The position numbers and the translations under genes are program-made. A DNA stretch of 29,679 bases from a virus (lineage: Duplodnaviria; Caudoviricetes): positions 1 to 29,679 of the IMG/VR virus record IMGVR_UViG_3300037484_000147, one strand, 5' to 3'. Positions 16,793 to 26,409 of this stretch are shown here, piece by piece (the stretch's first letter is position 1; each line of letters starts with the position of its first letter). Under the pieces are notes generated by a model. The model made no database searches. It saw only the letters and a program-made list of their open reading frames with translations, and was not told the DNA's origin.

Positions 16793-16981
16793 ATGAAGGT
16801 CAGGATCATCCAATCCTTCGCGGGCCTCATCAGCCACTCGGAGGGCGAGATCGTGGACGCTACTCCGGGGCAGGCGAAGCAGTGGATCGAATGCGGCTGG
16901 GCGGTGGAGGACGAGTCTCCCGTGCCCGAGGACCTCGCGGAAGAGTCCGCCAGGCCAAAGCGGAGAAGTAGGGCGCCGTGA
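16793..16981 (+). CDS. Small head-associated hypothetical protein
   Basis: AAGGAG RBS; MKVRI...GEIVD....A..WI..G.A pattern common downstream of capsid genes. Confidence 0.7.
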   Translation: MKVRIIQSFAGLISHSEGEIVDATPGQAKQWIECGWAVEDESPVPEDLAEESARPKRRSRAP

Positions 16982-17580
16982 CCATCACGTTCGGATACAC
17001 CACTGTTGCTTTGCTCAAGGCGAGGATCGCCAATATCTCAGGAACCTCCAGCGATTCTATGCTGGAGGCGGTTGTCGAGGCTGTCTCTCGCGAGATCGAC
17101 AACTACTGCGGCCGGCGGTTCTACTCCGTGAACGAGGCCCGGTACTACTCGCCCGACGACGAGAACATCGTCATGGTCGACGACATCGGGACTTCGGGCG
17201 GGATCACGGTGGAGTCGGATGCGGATGGGGATCGGACCTACGAGAACACATGGGCCGATACCGACTACGACCTGTGGCCGTACAACGACGCGCCGTACAT
17301 GGAAATCCACACCGCGCCGAACGGAACGCTCACATTCCCGACCGATCTCGCCAAGGGCGTGAAAGTAACGGCGCACTTCGGCTATGTCTACGGGACGAGC
17401 TCCACCGACGCGCCCAAGGTCGTTCAGGAGGCATGTCTCATTCAATGTCTCCGCCTCTGGAAGCGGAAGGACGCCCCGTTCGGGGTGGCCGGGTCAGCCG
17501 AGATGGGGCAGATGATCGTCCTACCGAAGCTGGACCCGGACGTTGAGCTATTGCTCAAGTCCCTGCGGAGGCTCGTTTGA
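16978..17580 (+). CDS. Head-tail connector/adaptor protein (gp6/gp15-like)
   Basis: YTTVA.LK, SREIDNYCGRRF, VKVTA.FG, P..V.EAC, DPDV..LL. Confidence 0.8.
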   Translation: MTITFGYTTVALLKARIANISGTSSDSMLEAVVEAVSREIDNYCGRRFYSVNEARYYSPDDENIVMVDDIGTSGGITVESDADGDRTYENTWADTDYDLWPYNDAPYMEIHTAPNGTLTFPTDLAKGVKVTAHFGYVYGTSSTDAPKVVQEACLIQCLRLWKRKDAPFGVAGSAEMGQMIVLPKLDPDVELLLKSLRRLV

Positions 17581-18002
17581 GCGGTCTGGGCGATGCTATC
17601 GCACAGGTGCAGACGACGGTCCTGACCGTGACCGGGATCAAGGCCGCGCCGAGCGTTCCCCCCGAACAGTTGTCGGGGGAATTCCCGTTCTCGGTGGCGT
17701 ATCCCGGAGAGGGCAACTGGACCGAGGCGGTCGCGGGGCTGAAGCAGATCCTCGCGGCCATCGTTGTGGAGATCCACTTCCAGCGCGGGGACCTTCCGAG
17801 CGATGTCACTGCGGCCCTAGGATACGGGGACAGCATCCCCAATGCGCTGTTCAAGAAGCTCGGCACGGATAAGTTTGGCGGAACGATCAGCGCGTTCTCG
17901 AACATTCGTTACACATTTGGCTCCATGGATTGGGGCAGCATCAAGACGATCGGCTGGAGATTCTTCCTCGAAGGCGTGAAGATCCAGTCGGCGGTCACAT
18001 AA
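17577..18002 (+). CDS. Putative tail completion/terminator protein
   Basis: Size (141 aa) and position between adaptor and major tail protein; P...PF..YP pattern. Confidence 0.55.
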   Translation: MSGLGDAIAQVQTTVLTVTGIKAAPSVPPEQLSGEFPFSVAYPGEGNWTEAVAGLKQILAAIVVEIHFQRGDLPSDVTAALGYGDSIPNALFKKLGTDKFGGTISAFSNIRYTFGSMDWGSIKTIGWRFFLEGVKIQSAVT

Positions 18003-18012
18003 GGAGATCGAC

Positions 18013-19017
18013 ATGGCCGGAATCAAAGCATTGCGCAAGATCCAGCTTGGCCGGGAGGGTACGGCAGGCACGGCCGTGGCCGCGACCGCCATCTGGAGGG
18101 GCGTTGGCACGATAGAGGACCAGCGCGAAACCGTCTTCCCGCCCGAGGACGTGGGCTACATCGGCGGCCTCGACCGGGCCTACACGCCGAAATACCTCGG
18201 CGCGCTGGTCATGGAAGACACCCCCGTCTGCTACGAGAACATCATGCACATCCTTGAGGCCGGGGTGAAGACCATCGGAACCGGGGTAGCCGACACGGGC
18301 ACCGGGGCGTCCGGGAAGGTCTACGCCTACACATTCCCCACAACCGCCAAGAATACGATCAAGACGTACACGATCGAGGGCGGGGATGATCAAGAACAGG
18401 AGCGGATGGAGTATTCCTACGTCTCCGACTTCAAGATCTCAGGGAAGGGCGGTGAGGCCGTCATGGTCGGCGCCACATGGGCCGGTCGCCAAGTCGCCCC
18501 CAACACGATGGGGACCGCGGCCGCGCTGCCGACTGTTGAGGAAGTCCTGTTCTCAAAGGGCGCGCTGTACATCGACGCCGTTGACGGGACGATCGGGACC
18601 ACGCAGATCTCGAATACCTTCCTCGGCATGGACCTGAACGGCAAGACAGGATGGACCCCGGTGTGGACTGCTGACGGGGCTCTCTACTTCACCTTCTGCA
18701 AGCTCACCGAGCCCGAGGTCTTGCTCAATATCACGTTCGAGCATGACGCCGGCGGGGTCGCGCAGAAGGTCTTGTGGAGAGCGGGCACCGCGCGCCAGAT
18801 CCGTCTCAACTTCCCCGGGTCAGCCCTGGGAACCGCGGGGGTGTTCTCTACCAAGGTCTTCCGCGTGGATCTCGCCGGCAAATGGGAGAAGTTCGACAAG
18901 ATCGGCGAGCAGGACGGGAACGACATCATCGCCGGGACCTTCCGCGCCCGGTACAACGCCAGCGCAGCCCTGTTCGGGGAGATCAAGGTGGTCAACGAGA
19001 TCGCGGCGGTGCCATGA
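18013..19017 (+). CDS. Major tail (tube) protein
   Basis: Strong AAGGAG RBS; IQLGRE.TAGTAVAAT N-terminus and YTIE.G motif; Thr/Gly-rich; precedes chaperones and TMP. Confidence 0.75.
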   Translation: MAGIKALRKIQLGREGTAGTAVAATAIWRGVGTIEDQRETVFPPEDVGYIGGLDRAYTPKYLGALVMEDTPVCYENIMHILEAGVKTIGTGVADTGTGASGKVYAYTFPTTAKNTIKTYTIEGGDDQEQERMEYSYVSDFKISGKGGEAVMVGATWAGRQVAPNTMGTAAALPTVEEVLFSKGALYIDAVDGTIGTTQISNTFLGMDLNGKTGWTPVWTADGALYFTFCKLTEPEVLLNITFEHDAGGVAQKVLWRAGTARQIRLNFPGSALGTAGVFSTKVFRVDLAGKWEKFDKIGEQDGNDIIAGTFRARYNASAALFGEIKVVNEIAAVP

Positions 19018-19295
19018 GACAAGAGCACAAGACGCTCGAGGCATGGGTGGAGGTACCCGAACCGCTTCTCCAGAGGCACGTGGAGGAATTGTACAAGGGC
19101 TTGCGCGCGGCCAAGATCGATCCGATGGCCTTGAGCGCACCGGAATACAACGCCGGTCTTGTGGCTGTCGCGGTCGGACTGGGCTGGTGCGGGATCCCCG
19201 GTCCCCTTCTTGATCTGCGGCCGGCCGTCATCACCTGGATCACCAGGAAGATCAACGATGCCCTGGCGGAGGCCCTGACAGTCCCCCCGGAATGA
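19014..19295 (+). CDS. Tail assembly chaperone (gpG-like)
   Basis: ATGA overlap with tail tube gene; position before TMP. Confidence 0.6.
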   Translation: MRQEHKTLEAWVEVPEPLLQRHVEELYKGLRAAKIDPMALSAPEYNAGLVAVAVGLGWCGIPGPLLDLRPAVITWITRKINDALAEALTVPPE

Positions 19296-19570
19296 TCCTG
19301 GCGGCGGCGGATGCTGCAAAAGGTGGACCGCCGCCGCCCGAACTCGTGTGGGCCTGGAGATCGGAGAAGTGGGGCCTCCCGAATGGGAGAGGCTGGCTAA
19401 ACGAACCCGCGGGCCTTGTGGATCGGATGAGCCAAGCACTGAGTGTCTACAGCGCGGCGATGCTTTACGAAACTCGTAAGCCGGGGCACGAGGGCGAATG
19501 GGCGCGTTCTCACCCGGAAGAGTGGAAAGTCATCCAGGCGATAGGGGAATTGCGTGGCCGAACGTCTTGA
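19292..19570 (+). CDS. Tail assembly chaperone second ORF (gpT-like)
   Basis: In the -1 frame overlapping the end of the gpG-like ORF; WGLP...GW...P; precedes TMP. Confidence 0.6.
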   Translation: MILAAADAAKGGPPPPELVWAWRSEKWGLPNGRGWLNEPAGLVDRMSQALSVYSAAMLYETRKPGHEGEWARSHPEEWKVIQAIGELRGRTS

Positions 19571-21017
19571 GATCATCCTGACTGCGACCGACAGAGCGAG
19601 TGCGGCGATCCGGGCAAACCGGGGGGCTGTTTCTGATCTTCGAGCTGCCTGGGTTGGCTATGCCGCGGTCGCCGGCACCGCCGTGGCGGCAGGACGGTTG
19701 ATCATAAGAGGCATTGAGGAAACCATCGGTGCCACGCTTGAGTATGCCGATGAGGTTCGCCGTCTCTCCCAGGTCAGCGGAGAAGGCGCCGAGGCGACCT
19801 CTCGTTTCGTTCAAGTTCTCGATGACTTCAAGATTACCGCCGCCAATGCCGAAACCGCCATGCGCACAATGCGCACCACCGGCCTCACGCCAACAACTGA
19901 AAGCCTAGCTAGGGCGAGCGACCAATTCCTTGGCTTGAATCCGGGCATTGAGCGGACAAACTTCCTTCTCACCACCTTTGGGCGCCAGGGGGCAAGCTTC
20001 GCTGAGATCATGCTCCAGGGATCTGAGGCAATACGAGAGCATTCGGCCGCCATCGAGGATGGACTTGTTCTCACTGAGCAGGATCTACTCAGGACCCGAG
20101 AGCTTGAGATTGCCACTGATCGTCTCGACGATGCAAAAAAGGCACTCGCATTCACGCTTGGGATGAGGTTTGTTCCAGGGGCGACCCGGGCAATGGATGC
20201 GCTTCTTGAGTTCATTGAGACGGCCCGCGTTGGGCGGAATGTATTTCTTGATCTTGGTAGGGCAATCATTGAAAACATGGATCTTCCTATGATGGGAGAG
20301 GCTGCCCACCGCGCAGGATTGATGGCGGCTTTCGCCGTTCGAGATAGCCTGGATGTCGTGGCCCAGAGCTTGGCGCCGTTGGGTTCGGCTCTAACTGAAA
20401 CAGGCGTAACCGTTACGCGGATGACCCAGGGGTTTGAGATAGGCGTCAATGCAGACCGCGTGGTTGTCGATACCCTAACGGGAAGGGTACAGTATTTGAA
20501 CGGCGCCATCCTGGCTATCCCGACATCGCGCAGGACGACATGGACACTTGGCGTTGGCGTACAGGCCAATGACGACTATGCCCTGCGCCTGCTTCAATCT
20601 GGGTTGCCTTGGTGGTCGATGGCGGGGGGCAATTTCACCATCGGCGTCGGGGGCCGCATGATCATAGGAGCTCAAGAGGGGCCCGGGGCTGGCTATGGAG
20701 GGAATCTTCCAGGACAGGCGGATCCAGGAGACGCGAACTGGAATGCATGGCTGAACTATTGGGCATCGCCGTCAAGCAGTCGCGGCGCGCCGCCGGCCAC
20801 AATGGCCCAAGGAGGAGAAGTGACTGTGCCTCCCGGATTCCCAAATGATACCTTTCCTGTCTGGACCAGTTCAGGGGAAGAGGTCAGCGTTCGAACTCCT
20901 GAGCAAAAGAGGCGCGGAGGCAGCGGGGATATAAGCATTGGGGCGGTGAATATCTACTCCGGCCTCGATCTCGCCGGCTTCGAGAACCTACTTGCAAAGT
21001 CCCTCGGAGGCGCCTGA
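19554..21017 (+). CDS. Tape measure protein (short, 487 aa)
   Basis: LEIILTATDRAS N-terminus, Ala-rich helical body, C-terminal AQGG.V.VP.G...D......SGE.V. Confidence 0.8.
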   Translation: MAERLEIILTATDRASAAIRANRGAVSDLRAAWVGYAAVAGTAVAAGRLIIRGIEETIGATLEYADEVRRLSQVSGEGAEATSRFVQVLDDFKITAANAETAMRTMRTTGLTPTTESLARASDQFLGLNPGIERTNFLLTTFGRQGASFAEIMLQGSEAIREHSAAIEDGLVLTEQDLLRTRELEIATDRLDDAKKALAFTLGMRFVPGATRAMDALLEFIETARVGRNVFLDLGRAIIENMDLPMMGEAAHRAGLMAAFAVRDSLDVVAQSLAPLGSALTETGVTVTRMTQGFEIGVNADRVVVDTLTGRVQYLNGAILAIPTSRRTTWTLGVGVQANDDYALRLLQSGLPWWSMAGGNFTIGVGGRMIIGAQEGPGAGYGGNLPGQADPGDANWNAWLNYWASPSSSRGAPPATMAQGGEVTVPPGFPNDTFPVWTSSGEEVSVRTPEQKRRGGSGDISIGAVNIYSGLDLAGFENLLAKSLGGA

Positions 21018-23582
21018 GTGACACGCACCTACACGCTCCGGGATCTCACGGGAAGCTCCAGCGTCAGCCTCGTCTCGGTGACGGGCATCATCGCCAAGCA
21101 GAAGGGGCTATCCAGGACTCGCCTTGACGCGGATATGCTCGCCAGCTCGGACCCAGACATGCGGGGGCAGATCGTCGAGTCGTATACGCTGAACCTGATC
21201 GGGTCGAGCCACGACAACGCGGCCTCCCAGGCACAGACGTTTGTGCGGCTCTTGAAGAAGGCGGCGCAGTACTTCCGGGAACCATGGCAAAACGAGCCAG
21301 TCTATCTCCAGGTGCAGACGGGCACAGAGACGAATGCCCGCTATGCCCTGGTATTCGGCGCCCAGGAGTTGAACTGGCCGGACTTCTTCGCGCATCCGTT
21401 TGAGTTGCAGAGCTGGATCGAGGAGTTTGGGCTCTCGCTGATCCGCGAGGCCGTATGGCGCGCGGCTCCTCCGGGGACGCTCTCGGGGCTCTCGGCAATC
21501 GTGCAGACCGCCTCGGATGGGCCGGCCAGCCCCACGACGGTGCAGATCGCCAACCATCGGGATGATGTGGCGCTGACGCATATCTACACAGCAGACGTTA
21601 CCCCGACGACCGTCGAGCTCAATCCGGCGATCGACGCCTTCATCTCTTCGAAAACCCCCACCGTCAACAGTGGTACCTTGGGGATCATTGGGGCGGGCGA
21701 AGATAACACCGATGTAGACACATGGCGCAGTCTCCTGAAATTCGACCTGAGTGGCATCCCGTCGAATGCCGTTCTGTCTTCCGCCGTTCTCTCTCTGTAT
21801 GTTGAGAGCGATCACTCGAGCAATGTCCGCACATTCCGTGTCTTTCGGACAAAGAGGGCCTGGACCGAGGCGGGTTGTACCTGGAACAAGTATGACGGGA
21901 CGAACAACTGGGATACTGCCGGCGGCTTCCACGCGGATGACTGCGAGCAGACGGACATCGGGACGAAGTCGATGGCCGCTGCTGGAGAAACGGGATACCA
22001 GGCATTCACCCTGACTCTTGCGTCGGTTCAGGCCATGATCCCGAGCGGCGGATGGACCAACAACGGCTTCCTGGTCAAGGCGGATACTGAAGCCGACGAC
22101 ATGTGGCGCTTTATCTCGCGCGAGGGCGCGGGAGGCACGCTTCCCAAGCTTGTCATCACCTATACCGTCACCTCCTACTCCGCCAATCTCTACGGGACCG
22201 CCGCGCACGCTCTGTTCCCGGCGACGGCTACCGCGAACGATGCACTCTACATCGGCTCAAACACCGCTCCCTGGCACCACGCGGTATTCCAAATCGGGAC
22301 CGCGGGAGACTTCTCCGCAGATCTCATTGTCGAATATTGGAATGGCTCCGCCTGGACGACATGCCCGCTGGATACATTGGCCACCGTCTACCCGACGGGC
22401 AATGAAGACGAGCTCTTCAAATCCACCGGTCAGTGGGTGCTGAACGTCGGACATCTAACCGCGTGGGCAACCACGACGGTCAACTCGGTTGCGGCCTGGT
22501 GGATTCGCATCCGCCTGAACGCGGTGACGACCTGGACGACTTCGCCAGCCAATGCGACAACCGCAATCTACGCTCAGAAGACGCCCCACGTGGAAGTCTC
22601 GGCCAGCGTCCTCAAGGGCGATGTGTTCCCGTTCCTCCTCATGCGCATGGTCAACCCATACGGCGGGGACGATGATGAGGGCTTCCCCAATTGCAGCCGG
22701 ATCATCATCGGGGCCAAGAGTCGGAACCTCACCGCGTTCGTCTCCCACCTGAACTGCGGGACGAACGGCAATCCCTCCGGCTGGACGACGACCTACGGGG
22801 ACGATACGACCGAGACCACGACGGATGGGGTGGCTCCCCGCGGCGCTTCTGCCCGCTGTACCTTTGCCACGGACTCTTCGCTTGACGTCCGGGTCATCCT
22901 GACCGGGGACGGGAAGCTGGGCTCGTGGGAGGGGCTCTACAGAGTCTTCCTCCGCTGCCAGCAGATTGGGGGCGCGGCGGGGGACTGCCGGGTGAAGCTG
23001 CGCGTCTGCCTCAACTCCACGGCCACCTCCGATCCGAAGTTCGATACCCGCATCGCCACTCTTGGGGCGGCCGACAAGGGCCTGGAAGTCGTAGACCTCG
23101 GAGAACTGAAGATCGCCGGCGTGGATGTCGCGTCTGTGGACGGATGGGGCACGCTCGATCTGATCCTCCAGATCTATGGCCAGCGTTCAAGCGGCGCTTC
23201 TACTCTCCGCTTCTATGACTTGATCCTGATCCCGATCGATGAATACGCGCTGACGCTGGATGATCCGATCTCCAACTCGGCGACGGGCTCCTCCGCGCTA
23301 AGGGGCAACACGGCCCTCGAAGTGGATGGCGGGATCATCAAGAACCGCACGATGAAGATGCTCAAGAGCGGGGCTAGCTATTACCCCCTGGAGACATGGA
23401 CGCGCGGCGGGGCGGCGCCGGGGATCGAGCCGCTGAGGCAGACCCGCCTGTACTTCCTGATGATGCATTTCCCCGCCGGCGGGACGTGGGGCACGGGGCC
23501 GATGATCGCCACGCTGGGGATGCATCTCGACTTCACTCTGTACGCGGTGCCGTGCTATCAGGCCCTTAGAGGGAGCGACTGA
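21018..23582 (+). CDS. Distal tail (Dit-like) protein with inserted DNRLRE-like carbohydrate-binding domain
   Basis: Immediately after TMP; internal RSLLKFDLSGIPSNAVLSSAVLSLY...WTE...TWN...NNGFLVK...FISRE...PKLVITY (about 21606-22163). Confidence 0.7.
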   Translation: MTRTYTLRDLTGSSSVSLVSVTGIIAKQKGLSRTRLDADMLASSDPDMRGQIVESYTLNLIGSSHDNAASQAQTFVRLLKKAAQYFREPWQNEPVYLQVQTGTETNARYALVFGAQELNWPDFFAHPFELQSWIEEFGLSLIREAVWRAAPPGTLSGLSAIVQTASDGPASPTTVQIANHRDDVALTHIYTADVTPTTVELNPAIDAFISSKTPTVNSGTLGIIGAGEDNTDVDTWRSLLKFDLSGIPSNAVLSSAVLSLYVESDHSSNVRTFRVFRTKRAWTEAGCTWNKYDGTNNWDTAGGFHADDCEQTDIGTKSMAAAGETGYQAFTLTLASVQAMIPSGGWTNNGFLVKADTEADDMWRFISREGAGGTLPKLVITYTVTSYSANLYGTAAHALFPATATANDALYIGSNTAPWHHAVFQIGTAGDFSADLIVEYWNGSAWTTCPLDTLATVYPTGNEDELFKSTGQWVLNVGHLTAWATTTVNSVAAWWIRIRLNAVTTWTTSPANATTAIYAQKTPHVEVSASVLKGDVFPFLLMRMVNPYGGDDDEGFPNCSRIIIGAKSRNLTAFVSHLNCGTNGNPSGWTTTYGDDTTETTTDGVAPRGASARCTFATDSSLDVRVILTGDGKLGSWEGLYRVFLRCQQIGGAAGDCRVKLRVCLNSTATSDPKFDTRIATLGAADKGLEVVDLGELKIAGVDVASVDGWGTLDLILQIYGQRSSGASTLRFYDLILIPIDEYALTLDDPISNSATGSSALRGNTALEVDGGIIKNRTMKMLKSGASYYPLETWTRGGAAPGIEPLRQTRLYFLMMHFPAGGTWGTGPMIATLGMHLDFTLYAVPCYQALRGSD

Positions 23583-23848
23583 TGCTGTATCGGACGAACA
23601 AGATGGTCGTGACCGCGGCCGGGACGAGTCTGACCGCAGCCTGGGATGTGGAACGATCCGCGGATGGGCTGGAGTGGCTCCTTGTGCAATCTCTCCAGAT
23701 GACGGCCGAGGCGAAGACGCCCATCGCAGAAATGGTGGCCCGCGTGGACGCGGACTCTCTTGCGGTGGCCCTCCGGGATCGCGTTGTGCAGGAGTTGGCA
23801 GTCACCGCGGCCGCCTACTACAACGAAAGGCCGATAGTCCTGCCGTGA
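23582..23848 (+). CDS. Hypothetical tail-region protein
   Basis: Coupled to both neighbours by overlapping start/stop codons. Confidence 0.6.
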   Translation: MLYRTNKMVVTAAGTSLTAAWDVERSADGLEWLLVQSLQMTAEAKTPIAEMVARVDADSLAVALRDRVVQELAVTAAAYYNERPIVLP

Positions 23849-24468
23849 TCGGCTCCATCATCATCAAAGCAAATCCTGTACCGGCGTGGGAGAGCTACCA
23901 CCGCGAGTTGCACCGCGCCTACGAAGGGAGCGTCGGCTTCTCGGGATACAAACAGACGATCCGGGCCGTCGGTGGGTTCTGGCAGATGTCGTTCACCATG
24001 CACGACCGTCTTGCGAGCCTGGTGGAGTTCCAGAACTCCGGGCACGGTCGGCACGTGGAGGTCTATGGGGAACGGGGGATCGAATGCTGGGAAGGGCTGG
24101 TCATCGCCACCGATCTGGACCTCTCCAAGCAAAGGGGGCTCCCCGGTCTTGAGGTGACATGTTGGGGGTACTTCCGGACACTCTACTGGATGACCTACAA
24201 CCAAACCGTATCGACGGGGAACGATGACCTCGATGACGTGCTGGCGGCGATCGTCACCGCGGCCGGGCAGTTCGTGTTGAGCTCGAGCATCGAGGCCAAC
24301 ACCACCCAGGTCACACAGGAGTATGACGCCGACCGACTCGCGGGGGACATCCTAGTGAGCCTCGCGAGCCTCGGAGATTCCGCCTACAACCGCTATGTGA
24401 TCGGCATGTACGAGGGCCGGAAGCTGATCTACGAGCGGGCCGCCAAGTCCCGAATTCCGGGAGTCTAG
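23845..24468 (+). CDS. Putative tail hub (Tal-like) protein, N-terminal part
   Basis: GTGA overlap; GGF...SF, WEG.V, VTC.GY...L pattern typical of minor tail/hub proteins. Confidence 0.55.
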   Translation: MIGSIIIKANPVPAWESYHRELHRAYEGSVGFSGYKQTIRAVGGFWQMSFTMHDRLASLVEFQNSGHGRHVEVYGERGIECWEGLVIATDLDLSKQRGLPGLEVTCWGYFRTLYWMTYNQTVSTGNDDLDDVLAAIVTAAGQFVLSSSIEANTTQVTQEYDADRLAGDILVSLASLGDSAYNRYVIGMYEGRKLIYERAAKSRIPGV

Positions 24469-24471
24469 CCC

Positions 24472-25581
24472 ATGCCTATCGTCGTCATTCAACCCTCTGC
24501 GACGGATACCCATCTAAGCAGCTCCAATCCAAATACTAATTATGGCACAGGCGTGGGCATCAATGGCGGAGAGCAAGTGGGCTTCGCCGACATCTATCGG
24601 TCGCTCATCAAGTTCGATCTCAGCAGCATTCCTCCGGGATCGAAAGTCATTTCTGCATACTTCGAGTTGTACCTCACTACAGATCAGTCGAACGTCCTCA
24701 CGGTCTATCGCCTCTATCGAGTCAAGAGAGCATGGGTAGAGGGCGAGGCGACATGGAACATCTATTCAACTGGGAATAGCTGGCAGACCGCAGGCGCGGC
24801 CGGGGATGATGACCGGGAAAGCGAGATGGTCGGGACCTGGACCATGCCGAGCGCCAACCCGCCGTTGAATGAATGGTACGGCACCTATCTGGACATCCCC
24901 TCCATCGAGGCCATGATCGACGGCGCATGGAGCAACAACGGGTGGCTATTGAAGGCCGTCACCGAAGTTGATGATGCCTTCGTATTCGGCTCATCGGAGG
25001 CCGTAGACACAGCCGCGCGGCCCCGTCTGACGATCGACTACATCGAACCCCTCGGCCGGTTAGCAAAGTACCGAGTCAATGCGATCCTCGGCAAAGCCCG
25101 CCTTTCAACCTCCCTTGATCGCACGATCAACAAGGCATGGCTGCGTTACGAGGAGACGACCCTCAAACGCTCGACGGTCCAGGAGAATGCCGAGAGTCAG
25201 GCCAGATACGGGATCAAGGAGAAGGTTCTTTCCGGGGGCCAACTGTCTACCGGCGTCGCCAACCAGGCCACGATCACATACCTCAACTATGTGGCCGATC
25301 CCTCCACCCCGGATGTCGATCTGACCCTGAGCGCCGATTCGGTGATCCGCGACCAGAACGAGGACCGCGTTCCTCCCGAGGAGGTCAGACCTAACAACTG
25401 GGGGATCCTCGAGGGGCTGCCAAGGCCCAGCGCCGCGGTTCCAGAGACGCTCATCCAAGACCCGCGCATGTTCTACATCGAGCAGATCGAATACGACGAA
25501 GACCAGAAGCAATCGCGGATTCGAAGCGGCAAAGACAAATTTGCCGAGAACCTGATCAACCGATTGCTGGGGAGGTCCTGA
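24472..25581 (+). CDS. Tail protein with N-terminal DNRLRE-like domain and hub-like C-terminus
   Basis: DT.LSS.NP.TNYG, RSLIKFDLSSIP, WVEGEATWN, NNGWLLK, RPRLTIDY; C-terminal N.ESQARYGIKE and FYIEQIEYD. Confidence 0.7.
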   Translation: MPIVVIQPSATDTHLSSSNPNTNYGTGVGINGGEQVGFADIYRSLIKFDLSSIPPGSKVISAYFELYLTTDQSNVLTVYRLYRVKRAWVEGEATWNIYSTGNSWQTAGAAGDDDRESEMVGTWTMPSANPPLNEWYGTYLDIPSIEAMIDGAWSNNGWLLKAVTEVDDAFVFGSSEAVDTAARPRLTIDYIEPLGRLAKYRVNAILGKARLSTSLDRTINKAWLRYEETTLKRSTVQENAESQARYGIKEKVLSGGQLSTGVANQATITYLNYVADPSTPDVDLTLSADSVIRDQNEDRVPPEEVRPNNWGILEGLPRPSAAVPETLIQDPRMFYIEQIEYDEDQKQSRIRSGKDKFAENLINRLLGRS

Positions 25582-25823
25582 TGCCGGAAGATGGGGCCAG
25601 TGGCGGCGGGAGTTACAACCCGGAATTGATCCTCAAGAGCAAAACATCGAAGGGGACCGGGAATTACGGGAGCACGATTACCCAGGACGATCAGGCTGGC
25701 GGAGGAGGCGGCGGTGCATTCGGCACGCAGGCCCGAATCAACGAGAGCGTGACGAAGATAGGCCCGATTATTGGGGTGTATATGCCGGAATTGTCGATGC
25801 TGTTGCGGCAGGAGACTCTCTAA
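25581..25823 (+). CDS. Small Gly-rich hypothetical protein
   Basis: TGATG overlap and GGGAGG RBS; stop overlaps the convergent gene's stop. Confidence 0.55.
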   Translation: MPEDGASGGGSYNPELILKSKTSKGTGNYGSTITQDDQAGGGGGGAFGTQARINESVTKIGPIIGVYMPELSMLLRQETL

Positions 25824-26347
25824 TGGATGGAGAACCAGGGTTCGTAGAAGTGCGCAACCCAGGGCGGAAGGGTGCCGAAATCCCAGCTCACAACAATCGG
25901 CACCATGGCCCACAATTCCCCGGCGCGGAACCATCCATGACACCCGCCCTGCGCGTTGCATCGATATTGCCTCTCTGCCTCATTGTAGAGCGCGGGAGGA
26001 ATGGACTTGTCGAACCCGTTCTTGTCCGTAATGCGGAACCCATAGGTCCAATCGAGCGCATGGAGCGCCTCGTGTCGAAGTCGGTCAGCTTCCTCGGGGA
26101 TGTTCACCCCGCAGAGTTCGATCGTATCCGTCAGCCCGTCGTAGCGACCGCCCGTGAACGAAGCGCCGCGGAGAATTCCCTCGCAATTGTCCCGGATCAG
26201 AACGGGGACTTGTATGAGTCTGTCCCGGCCGGCCGGTGTGAGCATATTCCAAAAGGACCAGTCCGCGCGGATTGGATTCGTGGGCGCGGTCGCCCCGGCG
26301 AGAAAGAAGGAGCCTATCACGATAAGGAGTGTCGGGTATCGTTTCAT
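25820..26347 (-). CDS. Secreted/membrane-anchored HExxH zinc-metallopeptidase-like protein (moron)
   Basis: Signal-peptide-like MKRYPTLLIVIGSFFLAGATA; GRY...I.L, LRHEALHALD, downstream ELWA; the only convincing minus-strand gene. Confidence 0.7.
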   Translation of the reverse strand: MKRYPTLLIVIGSFFLAGATAPTNPIRADWSFWNMLTPAGRDRLIQVPVLIRDNCEGILRGASFTGGRYDGLTDTIELCGVNIPEEADRLRHEALHALDWTYGFRITDKNGFDKSIPPALYNEAERQYRCNAQGGCHGWFRAGELWAMVPIVVSWDFGTLPPWVAHFYEPWFSIH

Positions 26348-26353
26348 GCCCCC

Positions 26354-26362
26354 ATCCTAGCA
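26354..26362 (-). promoter_or_regulatory. Extended -10 promoter candidate (TGcTAGGAT) for a leaderless transcript
   Basis: Minus strand reads tgctaggat-gggggc-ATG: TGnTAnnnT 6 nt upstream of the start codon, with no clear SD. Confidence 0.5.
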
Positions 26363-26409
26363 CGATCGGCGCCCGGGAAACTGACATTGCACCCCCAGGA
26401 GGCTCCCTG

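Noticed and set aside
21606-25041. Duplicated DNRLRE regions or the 34-bp repeat as a DGR template/variable repeat pair
   Set aside because: Differences are not adenine-specific, both copies are coding, and no reverse transcriptase is in the window.
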